Notes under the pieces: model-generated
Seen by the model: the letters and a program-made list of their open reading frames with translations, nothing else
Database searches by the model: none
What the model was told of the DNA's origin: nothing
Position numbers and translations under genes: made by a program
Shown: one piece after another, positions 1-8,932 of the stretch
Layout: every line of letters begins with the position of its first letter
How positions within the stretch are numbered: position 1 is the stretch's first letter
Virus record (IMG/VR): IMGVR_UViG_3300037467_001050
Span: 32,001 to 96,000 of that record
Source: a virus
Reading direction: 5' to 3' (one strand)
Length of the DNA stretch: 64,000 nucleotides

Positions 1-255
1 GGCGCGAGACAGGACCCGCAGGATCTCCTCCAGCCAGGGCTTACCCTTGGTGTCGCGTGGCGCGTGGTGGAGGATGGCGGTCAGCGTCGACTCCGGCAGG
101 TACGAGACGAGCTCGCGACCGGGCACGCTGGCGACCTGGGCCGATTTGTAGACGATGCGCGCCGCCAGGGGACGACGCGACTGGATCAGGAACCGGACGA
201 TGGTCGACATCGTGACGGAGTTGGCGCGGATGGCGACGTGATGGATCTCGGACAT
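1..255 (-). CDS. hypothetical protein, runs off the left edge (MSEIHHVAIRANSVTMSTIVRFLIQ...)
   Basis: Translated by hand: ATG at 255, GAGGAGG RBS at 261-267, open to position 1. Confidence 0.65.
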   Translation of the reverse strand, partial: MSEIHHVAIRANSVTMSTIVRFLIQSRRPLAARIVYKSAQVASVPGRELVSYLPESTLTAILHHAPRDTKGKPWLEEILRVLSRA

Positions 256-265
256 CGATCCCTCC

Positions 266-445
266 TCAAGCCAGACGGTCGCGCAGCAGGTTTTCCACCC
301 GGTAGGTGGAACCGGTCTCGTTGCGGTTGGCGTAGGCCAGGGCGCCGCACAGGTAGCGCGCGGCGTCGGACGCCCGGTTGAATGTGGCGATCACCCAGCG
401 GGTGCCGTCGGTCTCGTATTCCACCACAGCCAGGAAATCGCGCAT
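266..445 (-). CDS. small hypothetical protein
   Basis: ORF track 266..460; start MRDF chosen after GGAAGG RBS. Confidence 0.55.
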   Translation of the reverse strand: MRDFLAVVEYETDGTRWVIATFNRASDAARYLCGALAYANRNETGSTYRVENLLRDRLA

Positions 446-745
446 GGGGGTGCCTTCCATAGGTTGCCCGCCGCTCCGGTTGCGTGCCGGTCGGACGGTC
501 GCCGGACGGTGCCGGTCGGACGGGTGAGGGGAGGGGCGCTTTCCACCTATGGGTGGAAGCGGTCACATGCCGGACTGCCGACATGACAAAGCCACCCGTT
601 GGGTGCGCGTGGTGCGCCGGGTGGCTTGGCGATGTGGGCGAGGCTTTCCACCCTAGGGTGGAAGAAACCAGGAAAACGGACAGCCGAAAGCCCCCGGAGG
701 ATTACCCTCCGGAGGGATCAGGCCAGATTGTGAGGCGCGCGTCGG

Positions 746-1099
746 CTACCAGACAGAGACGGTCGCGACACGCTGGCAAGCGCGAGACGGATCCGGCATG
801 ATGCCGGGAAGGGTATAGGGCTCATCCGCCCCGCAATCGTGCCAGACCGTGACCCTTTCGCCAGTCTCGGCAACGTGGCGCTTAGCGGCGGAAATGGCGC
901 ACCTATCATCGCCGGACAGGTATCCGCCGGTGAAACCGGACACGCAAACCGATCCCGCCATAAGGGCGCGCGCGTCGGCCATTTCCACCTGAATTGACCG
1001 GACGCGACCGCCGGCATTGCACCGGCGATAGGCCTTGATGTCCCATAGCAGGCTGGCGCGGCATTGGCGGTACAGGGCAAGGCGACTAGCTGCGGACAT
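746..1099 (-). CDS. hypothetical protein
   Basis: 117-aa ORF with GGAG RBS, same strand as neighbours. Confidence 0.5.
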   Translation of the reverse strand: MSAASRLALYRQCRASLLWDIKAYRRCNAGGRVRSIQVEMADARALMAGSVCVSGFTGGYLSGDDRCAISAAKRHVAETGERVTVWHDCGADEPYTLPGIMPDPSRACQRVATVSVW

Positions 1100-1222
1100 G
1101 GTGACGGCTCCGGACTAGGGGAGGAACGTGCCAGCGCACGGGAAACCGCCCCGCAGGGCGATTGCCGGTTCGCTAGACAGGAAGGGCAGGGCACCCCGCT
1201 AAGGGCGCCCTGTCTCGTTTGG

Positions 1223-2332
1223 TTAGGCCGCCTTGCGAGCGGCGCCCTTGCGCGCCTTGCGCACCACAACGACAGGAGCCGGAAGGGCAAGCGGCGCGGC
1301 GTCGGCTTCCACCGTCTCGGACACTTCCGAGAATTCAGCGTCCACCGTCTCCGCCGCTTCGCGCGCCTTGCGAGCCGCTTCGCCCGCCGCTTCCATCGCG
1401 GCGCGGGATGCCGCTTCGGCGTTGATCCGCTGAACAAGGCTATCGAACCCGAAAGCGGACAGTCCTTCGACGATGTCGAAAATCGCCTTGATCCGATCCG
1501 CATCGGTCGCGTCATTGGACAGGTGGAAGGGCGCCGCCGGGGCGTTCTCCGCCGCCGCGACAGCCTCAGGCGCAACCGTCTCGGCTTCCTTCGCCTTAGT
1601 CGCGCCCTTGTTGCCGCCCTTAGCCGCGCCCTTGCCCTTGTTGGGGTTGGCGTAGAGCGTTTCCAGCTTGTCCGACATCGCGGCGAAAGTATCGCCGAAC
1701 GTCGAAAGGACAGACTTGCGCCACGTCTGAGCACAGAGCTTGTGCTCGCCCTTGTCCTTAACCATCGCCGCGCAAGTGTTGATCAGAGCGGCGTTGTTAT
1801 CCCGCATGTAAGTTGCGAGCCGCATCCCATCCTGGCGGAGAAGGGCGAGACCCTTGGTGAGCTTGCGTCCCTTGCCAAACTTCATGACATACTCGGCGGC
1901 AAGGCTGCGCGCCTTGTTCATGTCACCGGCATCCCGCGCCGCGACAATCTCCGCCACCTTGTCGGCGCTGTCCGTTGTGTCCTTGGTGTTCCGGAAAATG
2001 ACCTTCCCGGACAGAGCGGCGTCGAAGTAGATCGAATTGAAAACGAATTCGTCCGTCTGCGGATCGATCAGGGCGATTGCGTTGACGCGGGCTTGCTTCA
2101 TGCAAAGCCGCAGGGCGACAGCCGAGACACCGTTGAACGTGGCGCGATCATGGGCGCCAATGGCAACGACGACGACGCGAGTGGTGTAATCTTCCAGCGA
2201 CACCGCGGCATCAAGCGCGGCATCTTGAGCGGCATCCGTAGCAGCCATTTCCTCCGCCGTCGGGAGCTTGGCCTCAATAGCGGCGGCCTGAGCTTCGGTA
2301 GCGGTGACGGTAGCGGTGTGAAGGTCGGACAT
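1223..2332 (-). CDS. Ala/Lys-rich hypothetical protein (369 aa), first gene of the leftward arm
   Basis: Start MSDLHT after AGAAAGG RBS; basic low-complexity C-terminus. Confidence 0.8.
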   Translation of the reverse strand: MSDLHTATVTATEAQAAAIEAKLPTAEEMAATDAAQDAALDAAVSLEDYTTRVVVVAIGAHDRATFNGVSAVALRLCMKQARVNAIALIDPQTDEFVFNSIYFDAALSGKVIFRNTKDTTDSADKVAEIVAARDAGDMNKARSLAAEYVMKFGKGRKLTKGLALLRQDGMRLATYMRDNNAALINTCAAMVKDKGEHKLCAQTWRKSVLSTFGDTFAAMSDKLETLYANPNKGKGAAKGGNKGATKAKEAETVAPEAVAAAENAPAAPFHLSNDATDADRIKAIFDIVEGLSAFGFDSLVQRINAEAASRAAMEAAGEAARKAREAAETVDAEFSEVSETVEADAAPLALPAPVVVVRKARKGAARKAA

Positions 2333-2639
2333 CGTATTGCCTTTCTGTGTGTGTCGTTTCGGTTGCTGTGTTCTAGGTTTCCACCGTAGGGTGGAAGGAA
2401 ACCGGAGTTTAGGCATAGCTTCGCCGGTAGGGTGAAACGCCCTCTGACTTGGCCTCTTCGCTATGTCTGCCGCCCGGTTGCCTTCGATCCCGCCTCGCTT
2501 TCCACCTAGGGGTGGAAGAAACCGCCCGTTTGGGCATAGCTTCGCCACCAGCGGGGGAAGCGCCCCCGCTCGCCCCCTGTCCGCCAGGGGAGCACAACCC
2601 TTAAACCCCAGACGTGTCTGGGTAAATACACATAGGTTA

Positions 2640-3300
2640 GTTTTCGCCAGAAAAATGCATTTCCAGTCGAGAAAAATGCAAATGGCTCTAGAATGCAAAT
2701 AAACAGGCTTGGAAAGCCCGCGCGAATTTTAGGCTAGGGTAGATCGGGAAAACGGTTCGATCCCGCTCATAGGCCAAATCTCGCAATTCTAGGCCCATTC
2801 CAGCCCTGACCCCTGGCCCCTTACGCGCGCAACGCGCGTGCCTTTCCTGGCCCTGGCCCTGGCCCTGGCAAAGCAGGGGAGAAAACGACGTGGCAAAAAT
2901 CGCCCTCGATGCACCGCAACAAATTGAGCAATTTCAACAGTTTAGCGCGCGCAAATGTGCGCTCCAGCTGCGGAAAAAAACGGCTCGAAAATGGCAGCTC
3001 AAGAGCGGTGCAACATAGCTTGTTGCAATGCAATAATTACACGCTTGTGAGAATGTTCGGCAAAGGTTGTGCCAAAGCACAGCTTCGAAGCTTAAAAATC
3101 ATGTCAAGTCAAAAATAATATGTTGAGAGCATTTCCTCGCAAAGAAATGTTGCGAGATCACATGTTCCCTAGAAGTCAACCCACCTAGGTTAGTTTCAAA
3201 GATTTAGTTTGTAAGTGTGATTTTTTTATTACAGTACCCCCCGGTGCATGGGGTAGCACCCATACAAAAATCACCCCTAAAAGACCCCTTTTTCCCACCC
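2640..3300. promoter_or_regulatory. AT-rich divergent control region (possible origin or terminus), with three AATGCA half-sites at 2651-2700 and (CCTGGC)x4 at 2846-2869
   Basis: No convincing CDS, marked GC drop, genes diverge from it. Confidence 0.55.
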
Positions 3301-3317
3301 CCGTCAAGGACGACATC

Positions 3318-3491
3318 ATGATCTACTCTTTCGTGAAGCATCTCTGGTCAATCCTCTGCGAGCCGATCACCATCAGCCTCTCTGCTCAGATCCAGATCGA
3401 GAGCACCGAGACCCCGCCTTCTCCAATGGCACACCTCACTGACGAGCAGCGCGCCTCACTCCTCACCTGGGCAGGCCCTGCCGCAGCCTGA
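3318..3491 (+). CDS. small hypothetical protein (57 aa)
   Basis: Translated by hand; AAGGA RBS. Confidence 0.5.
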   Translation: MIYSFVKHLWSILCEPITISLSAQIQIESTETPPSPMAHLTDEQRASLLTWAGPAAA

Positions 3492-3567
3492 GACCCCCAC
3501 CCCATTCACCCCCCCGGCCTGTTTGGGGCCCCATCCCCATCCGGCGAGCCCTAAAAGGCCCGTTTCT

Positions 3568-3885
3568 ATGACCCTGCAGACCCCTGAGGAGGAGCGCGCT
3601 GAGCTGGCGCGCATCGAGCGCGAAATGGACGAAGCAGAGGCTGCCATCTTCGCGGAGCTACGACGCATCCGGCAGGAGGAAGACACTGCCCGAGAGGCCG
3701 CAGAGCAGCTGAAACCCCGCTACCGCTGCGATGAGTGCGGGCACGTCTGCCAGGAGCGCCACATGGAGAGCGACGAGGTGTTCAACGACTGGGATGAGGC
3801 GTGGTCCAGCCACATCTGCCCCAACTGCAAGTTTTGGCACGACGGGCTTCGCCCGGGAGAAGGATGGACGAGGGTCGAGCCGTGA
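3568..3885 (+). CDS. Zn-ribbon protein
   Basis: CDEC and CPNC motifs after a coiled-coil N-terminus. Confidence 0.65.
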   Translation: MTLQTPEEERAELARIEREMDEAEAAIFAELRRIRQEEDTAREAAEQLKPRYRCDECGHVCQERHMESDEVFNDWDEAWSSHICPNCKFWHDGLRPGEGWTRVEP

Positions 3886-4145
3886 CCGCGCCCCGCAAGA
3901 TGATCGTCGCCTCCAGCCGGAGGTGGGCTCAGAACATCCGAGACAGCCTCGAGCTCGATCCGTCCGAGTGGGATGCCTTCGGCATAGGCGAGGGCCTGCC
4001 GGCCCGTCCCTACGACAAGATCCTGGTCTTCGCCGACCAGCTGGGCATCCGCCGCACGGAGACCGAGGTCGAGCATCAGCGCGCCTACATCAACATCAAC
4101 CTGCGCAACCGGCTCGCCGATGGCGGTGTCCTGAAGCTCCTCTGA
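3882..4145 (+). CDS. small alpha/beta protein, paralog A
   Basis: GTGA overlap; resembles 6177 and 7547 proteins by eye. Confidence 0.65.
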   Translation: MTAPRKMIVASSRRWAQNIRDSLELDPSEWDAFGIGEGLPARPYDKILVFADQLGIRRTETEVEHQRAYININLRNRLADGGVLKLL

Positions 4146-4211
4146 CACGTTTGCACTGCTTCGCTTGACTGACATTTGCAGGAATGCAAATGAGATCGAC
4201 GGAGAATGCAA

Positions 4212-4520
4212 ATGAGCAAGCCTCAACAGTTCCGCGAGTGCCTGTTGACCCAGGACGGCCACCGGGCAACCGCCTGGATCCGCGCCGATCTCGCCGTCAT
4301 CGGAAACTCGGTGACCATCCCGGAAGTGTCCGGACGGTGGACGATCTTCGATGTCGGCCGCACCAAGGATGGCCTGCAGCTGCGCGCGATCGCCGCCGAT
4401 CAGCCGCCGCTGCCGCGCCCGCGCATCGAGCTGGCAAAGCCCCGCGATCCCTTCCCGGGCTTCGAGCCGCCCGCGCCCGATCCGATCGTCCCGCATCGCT
4501 CGCACTGGGTGCCGGCATGA
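4212..4520 (+). CDS. hypothetical protein, Pro-rich C-terminus
   Basis: GGAG RBS at 4201-4204. Confidence 0.65.
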   Translation: MSKPQQFRECLLTQDGHRATAWIRADLAVIGNSVTIPEVSGRWTIFDVGRTKDGLQLRAIAADQPPLPRPRIELAKPRDPFPGFEPPAPDPIVPHRSHWVPA

Positions 4521-4786
4521 GCATCACCTTCGAGGACGAGCTCACCAAGCTCATCCGGCGCATGGCGCCCGGCGAGACGCTCCTCTGGTCCCAGCCGCTC
4601 GGTAGGGCTCTCGAGGCCGTCGCCTACTCCGCTCAGCTCGACCGCCACAATGGCCGGTCGGAGGCCCGCTACGAGAAGATCTTCGAGCGCGTGAAGGCGA
4701 TCCTGTCGTCGAACGCCACGAAGTTCGAGCTCGGGCTGGCCGTCGGCATCGCTCTAGCACTCGCAACCGAAGGATCCATTCAATGA
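4517..4786 (+). CDS. hypothetical protein
   Basis: ATGA overlaps at both ends. Confidence 0.65.
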   Translation: MSITFEDELTKLIRRMAPGETLLWSQPLGRALEAVAYSAQLDRHNGRSEARYEKIFERVKAILSSNATKFELGLAVGIALALATEGSIQ

Positions 4787-5199
4787 ACCGACGCAACCTC
4801 CTCATCGGCGCTGTGGCAGCGAGCGCCTGCGGCGCTGGTCTAGTGCCTGCAGCCGTCGCCGCTCAGCCGCAGCCGGGCCCGCACCCGCGCAGCCACTTGC
4901 GCCCGTTCTGGGACGCCGCTCGCGCCCACTACAAGGATCACCGCTACGGCATCGAGACCAACGAGGTGGTCAGCGGCCAGGTGCGGGCCTTCATGGCCGA
5001 GCACGGCATGACTTTCCCGATGGTCTTCCCAGGATCTCAGCCGGGCAGCTCCTTCACCATGCTCGGAATGCGCGAGCGCCGCCGCGACGACGGCGTGCTG
5101 GAACTCGGCATCAGCATCCACTCCGACGACATCGTCTTCCACCCGGAGAATTCTGGGACGCACTTCGAGATCATCAACACGGAGTACCCGCGCGCATGA
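4783..5199 (+). CDS. putative Tat-exported protein
   Basis: MNRRNLLIGAVAA twin-arginine signal. Confidence 0.65.
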   Translation: MNRRNLLIGAVAASACGAGLVPAAVAAQPQPGPHPRSHLRPFWDAARAHYKDHRYGIETNEVVSGQVRAFMAEHGMTFPMVFPGSQPGSSFTMLGMRERRRDDGVLELGISIHSDDIVFHPENSGTHFEIINTEYPRA

Positions 5200-5558
5200 A
5201 CGCGAAAGCCTTCTTCCTGGGGGCCTTCGCGCTCCTGTCCGTGTCGGCCTGCGATGTGATGGCTCCGGCACTAGCTGCCGGAACCTACAACTCGCAGATG
5301 CTGCTCGGCGCCTCGAAGATCGTCGAGAACGCCTACGCCGGTGGCGCTCGCAAGAGCGTCCAAGAGGTTCGCACCTCGCTGGAGAACTACCTGAAGGTCA
5401 TGAAGGTCAGCCTGCCGGCCACCTTCTCGGGCGACACCGGCACCATCACGGTGCTGCGCCTGGAACAGAAGGGCAACGAGCTGGTGGCGATCTACACCAC
5501 GCCGGACAGCCCGAGCGAGGGCCGCTTCAGCCTCTACACGGCGGGGAGCGTCCAGTGA
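5196..5558 (+). CDS. putative lipoprotein
   Basis: Hydrophobic signal ending LSVSA-C. Confidence 0.6.
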   Translation: MNAKAFFLGAFALLSVSACDVMAPALAAGTYNSQMLLGASKIVENAYAGGARKSVQEVRTSLENYLKVMKVSLPATFSGDTGTITVLRLEQKGNELVAIYTTPDSPSEGRFSLYTAGSVQ

Positions 5559-5845
5559 GCAAGCTCAACCTGCTCGTCCCGGAAGCCTCATCAGTCGAAT
5601 TCGCTCTGCTGATCCAGCGCGAGGTGAAAGGCCGGACTGTCTACTTAGCCCTCCAGCCCCTCACGGCCGGCGCCTTCGGCACCTACTGGACCACCGACCC
5701 GATGGTCGCGATCCGGTTCGTCTCGGCGAAGCTCGCCACGCAGATGATCGAGGACACCTTCGATCCGAGTGAGCGGGATAACGTCCGCTTCGAGAAGTAC
5801 ACCTTCGGCGACGAGCGCCTGCTCGCACTGGCGGCCCAGTCATGA
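5555..5845 (+). CDS. hypothetical protein
   Basis: Coupled ORF with phage-like codon usage. Confidence 0.65.
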   Translation: MSKLNLLVPEASSVEFALLIQREVKGRTVYLALQPLTAGAFGTYWTTDPMVAIRFVSAKLATQMIEDTFDPSERDNVRFEKYTFGDERLLALAAQS

Positions 5846-6180
5846 GCCGCCTCTCCAGCCGCAGCTACACGGCCTTCATCCCGGGCCACGAACCCATGCG
5901 GGCCACCATGCAACTGCCGGAGCTGGCCCCGCCGCCGGCGCCGCTCCTCGACGAGATCCCGATGGAGATCACCTTCGAGATGGACGTGGTCGAGCGCCCG
6001 GCGCGCACACCCACGGAGCAGAAGGCCTCCGACGAGCGCGTCTCCCTGATGGAGATGATGAACGTCATCGCCGGCATCGCGCTGGCGCGCGGAGACGAGT
6101 TCACCTACCGGCGCGCCGATCGGCTCTTCGGCAAGGCCTACGTCGACGAGTTCTGGGACGGTTTCGGGAGGCGCTCGTGA
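5842..6180 (+). CDS. hypothetical protein
   Basis: Coupled ORF. Confidence 0.65.
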   Translation: MSRLSSRSYTAFIPGHEPMRATMQLPELAPPPAPLLDEIPMEITFEMDVVERPARTPTEQKASDERVSLMEMMNVIAGIALARGDEFTYRRADRLFGKAYVDEFWDGFGRRS

Positions 6181-6482
6181 TCGACGACGCCGACGACATC
6201 GAGGCAAACGCCGAGAGCAGCCAGACCAAGGTGCATCCAGCACAGGCCGCCGGGGCCTACCTCCTCGTCGATCGCACCGTCAACCAGGGTCGACGGAAGC
6301 TGAAGCTGTTCGGCGCCGATCTGAACGCCTGGACGGTCCGCACTTTCGAGTCCGCAGGCACCGGCCGGCGCTTCGAGAAGATCGTCGTGGTCCTGCCGGA
6401 CCAGATGAGCGTCGACCTGATGAACCGGGTGCAGCATCTGCAGACCCTCCTCGCCATCAACGGCACGCTAGAATTCATCTAG
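6177..6482 (+). CDS. small alpha/beta protein, paralog B
   Basis: GTGA overlap; 3' part of ORF 5769..6482. Confidence 0.6.
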   Translation: MIDDADDIEANAESSQTKVHPAQAAGAYLLVDRTVNQGRRKLKLFGADLNAWTVRTFESAGTGRRFEKIVVVLPDQMSVDLMNRVQHLQTLLAINGTLEFI

Positions 6483-6524
6483 CAGTCCAACAGAATACAT
6501 CTAATCAAGAAGGCGTCAACGCCC

Positions 6525-6749
6525 ATGAAAACCCTTTCGATCGACCTCGTCGATCTCGACGAAGGTACGGTTCGACTGACGGATGGCACCGTTGTCGAGA
6601 TCGAGTTCTGGGAGGACCAGGACGGATTTCAGGACGATGAGCCGCTCGAAGAGCCCGCCGCCATCATCTTCCGCCTGCCGTGGCAACGCCCCGGCGAACA
6701 TGTCCGGCTCGAGATCGACGACCCGGACGCCGCCCACATCCTGCACTGA
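6525..6749 (+). CDS. small acidic protein
   Basis: 74 aa, D/E-rich. Confidence 0.65.
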   Translation: MKTLSIDLVDLDEGTVRLTDGTVVEIEFWEDQDGFQDDEPLEEPAAIIFRLPWQRPGEHVRLEIDDPDAAHILH

Positions 6750-6761
6750 GAGGACACCACC

Positions 6762-6959
6762 ATGCCCCGCATGAGCTCCGAGGAGCGCAAGTACCAAGCG
6801 ATGGACGATCTGCGCACGCTGACCCGCGCGCAGGAGATCCAGGCCGACCGCAGCCGCATGGCGGCCGTGAAGAGCCACGCCGCCTCGCAGGTGAAGACCC
6901 TGCAGGCCGTCACCGGCAGCCCGAAGCCGGCTGCGAAACCTCGGGCGAAGGGGAAGTAG
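6762..6959 (+). CDS. small basic protein
   Basis: GAGGA RBS, 65 aa. Confidence 0.65.
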   Translation: MPRMSSEERKYQAMDDLRTLTRAQEIQADRSRMAAVKSHAASQVKTLQAVTGSPKPAAKPRAKGK

Positions 6960-6963
6960 CGCC

Positions 6964-7107
6964 GTGGACTACGCCGCCCGCTACGTCGCCATGCGGCTGA
7001 ACGTGCCGCTCAAGAAGGTCTACGAGATGGACCTCGAGGAGTTCATGCTCGTCTACAGGCTGCTCGTCGCCAACGACAACACCGGCATCGCGGAGCGGGC
7101 CTCGTGA
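6964..7107 (+). CDS. small hypothetical protein (47 aa)
   Basis: Translated by hand; overlaps next start. Confidence 0.5.
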   Translation: MDYAARYVAMRLNVPLKKVYEMDLEEFMLVYRLLVANDNTGIAERAS

Positions 7108-7550
7108 CGGAACCGCTCGCAGGTCAGATCTACCGGAGCGAGGCCACAGCCCGTGCCGAGGAGGCCTTCTACGGCACCCTGAAGGCCGGTGGCGATCTGA
7201 GCCAGGATCCGCCGGAACTGCCGCTGCCCACCAGCGTCCGCATCGGCCCGCACGTCTACACGATCCGTGAGATGTCGGAGGTCGATTACCTCAAGTCCGG
7301 CTTCATGGGCTCGCATCTCGCCTCGCAGCTCGAGATCGAGATCTACCCGAAGCAGCCGTTCCGAGTGAAGGGTGAGGTGCTCCTGCACGAGATCCTGCAC
7401 GGCTGCTACTTCATGGCCGGCCTGCGCCACGACGGCCCTCCGAATGAGGAGCGCACCGTCGACGGTCTCGGTCTTCAGCTCTTCGGCGTGCTGCGCGACA
7501 ACCCGGATGTCCTCGCATACATCGTGGCTGCCTCTAAGGCCCAACCATGA
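7104..7550 (+). CDS. putative zinc metallopeptidase
   Basis: LLHEILHG HExxH motif with downstream EERTV. Confidence 0.65.
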   Translation: MTEPLAGQIYRSEATARAEEAFYGTLKAGGDLSQDPPELPLPTSVRIGPHVYTIREMSEVDYLKSGFMGSHLASQLEIEIYPKQPFRVKGEVLLHEILHGCYFMAGLRHDGPPNEERTVDGLGLQLFGVLRDNPDVLAYIVAASKAQP

Positions 7551-7858
7551 ACGTTGTCGTCGCCGACAGCCGGCTGCACGCCGAGGCCATCATCCGCTGG
7601 GCCGGCCTGAACCCGGAGAACTGGGTTCCCGGCGCATACGGCAAGAAGCTCAACGGGCTCTACGATCAGGCCTTGCTGGTACGCCCGCTGGCCGGGATCA
7701 CCGAGGAGCACTCGGACTGGATCATCGGCTACCTCGTGCCGCGCGTTCTGCGCGAGAAGGGCATCAAGACCCACCCGTCGGATTGGCTCCCGGGTGAGGA
7801 AGAGATGGCCGAGAGAGACGGTCCAGAGGCCTACGAGGCTGAGAGCGTCTTCGCCTGA
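7547..7858 (+). CDS. small alpha/beta protein, paralog C
   Basis: ATGA overlap; resembles 3882 and 6177 proteins. Confidence 0.65.
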   Translation: MNVVVADSRLHAEAIIRWAGLNPENWVPGAYGKKLNGLYDQALLVRPLAGITEEHSDWIIGYLVPRVLREKGIKTHPSDWLPGEEEMAERDGPEAYEAESVFA

Positions 7859-7903
7859 TCACCCATATACCATCAACAATAACAACAGCTTAGATCGAGA
7901 CAC

Positions 7904-8110
7904 ATGCTCAAGCCCGAGAACGCGCGCCGCTTCAAGTGGGAGGGTCAGCCCGTCTCGGAATGGCCGAAATGGCTCGTCGGCAGGAACTACGCCACCGATG
8001 GCAAGAAGGTCGTGCTGCACTTCCTGATTGAGGGAACGCTGACCGCTGAACTCGGCGACACGATCGTGATCAGCACAGAGCAAGTCGTCTCGATCGAACG
8101 GTCCACCTAA
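7904..8110 (+). CDS. hypothetical protein
   Basis: 68-aa ORF. Confidence 0.55.
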   Translation: MLKPENARRFKWEGQPVSEWPKWLVGRNYATDGKKVVLHFLIEGTLTAELGDTIVISTEQVVSIERST

Positions 8111-8134
8111 AACCCCAACAAGAGGGTCAGTACC

Positions 8135-8859
8135 TTGGGCAGACGCAGACAGCAGGACGATCTGAGCAACTGGGCCGACAAGGTCCGCGAGCGACGGATC
8201 AAGGCCAAGGAATTCGAGGACCGCAAGCCGGATCCGATCCAACCCAAGACCGAGACCCAGGCCACCTACCTCCGGGCGCTGCGCTCCGAGGAGCAGATCG
8301 TGGTGCTCGGGCCGGCCGGCACCGGCAAGACCTTCCTCGCCGGAACCCACGCCGCCGATCAGCTGCGGTCGCGCAAGATCCGCAAGGTCGTCATCACCCG
8401 CCCCAACGTCCCCGGCGGCCGGAGCATCGGCTTCTTCCCCGGCACCCTCGAAGAGAAGATCGCCCCTGGGTGGTCCCGCTCACCGAGACCATGAAGGAGC
8501 GCATGGGGGTAGGGCCGTTCGAGATCGCCCTCAAGAACGGCGACATCGAGATCGTGCCCTTCGAGGTGATGCGCGGCCGGACTTTTCGCGATGCCATCGT
8601 GATCCTCGATGAGGCGCAGAACACCACGCCGGCCGAGATCAAGATGTTCCTCACCCGCATCGGCGAGGACGCCCAGGTGATCGTCAACGGCGACGTGTCC
8701 CAGACCGACCTGCGCGAGACCTCCGGTCTGCGCACCGCGATCCACCTGATCAAGAGCCAGGCCCTGCAGATCCCGATCATCGAGTTCAGCAAGGACGACA
8801 TCGTGCGCTCAGGCATCTGCGCCACCTGGGTCGACGCCTTCGACACCGCCGGGATCTGA
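8135..8859 (+). pseudogene. phoH: PhoH-family ATPase split by a 1-nt deletion near 8463-8466
   Basis: GPAGTGKT, ITRP, GFFPG in frame 1; MRGRTF, LDEAQN, GDVSQTD in frame 2; adding one C restores EKIAPWVVPL. Confidence 0.85.
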
Positions 8860-8932
8860 ATGACAAGAGTTCCTGCCATTGGCCGCAGCTATGGCAGGAA
8901 CTCCATACACAACAAGAAACAAGCAACACAAA

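Larger units (their letters stand above)
293..2517. repeat. dispersed palindrome TTCCACC-N4-GGTGGAA at 541-558, 646-663, 2379-2396, 2500-2517, plus an N5 variant at 293-311
   Basis: Read directly; both arms identical in all copies. Confidence 0.85.

Noticed and set aside
4176-4190. Repeated motif as a sigma54 or sigma70 promoter
   Set aside because: No TGGCAC-N5-TTGC geometry and no conserved -10 box at a fixed distance across copies.
8455-8480. Programmed frameshift in phoH
   Set aside because: No slippery heptamer or stimulatory structure; a homopolymer indel is simpler.
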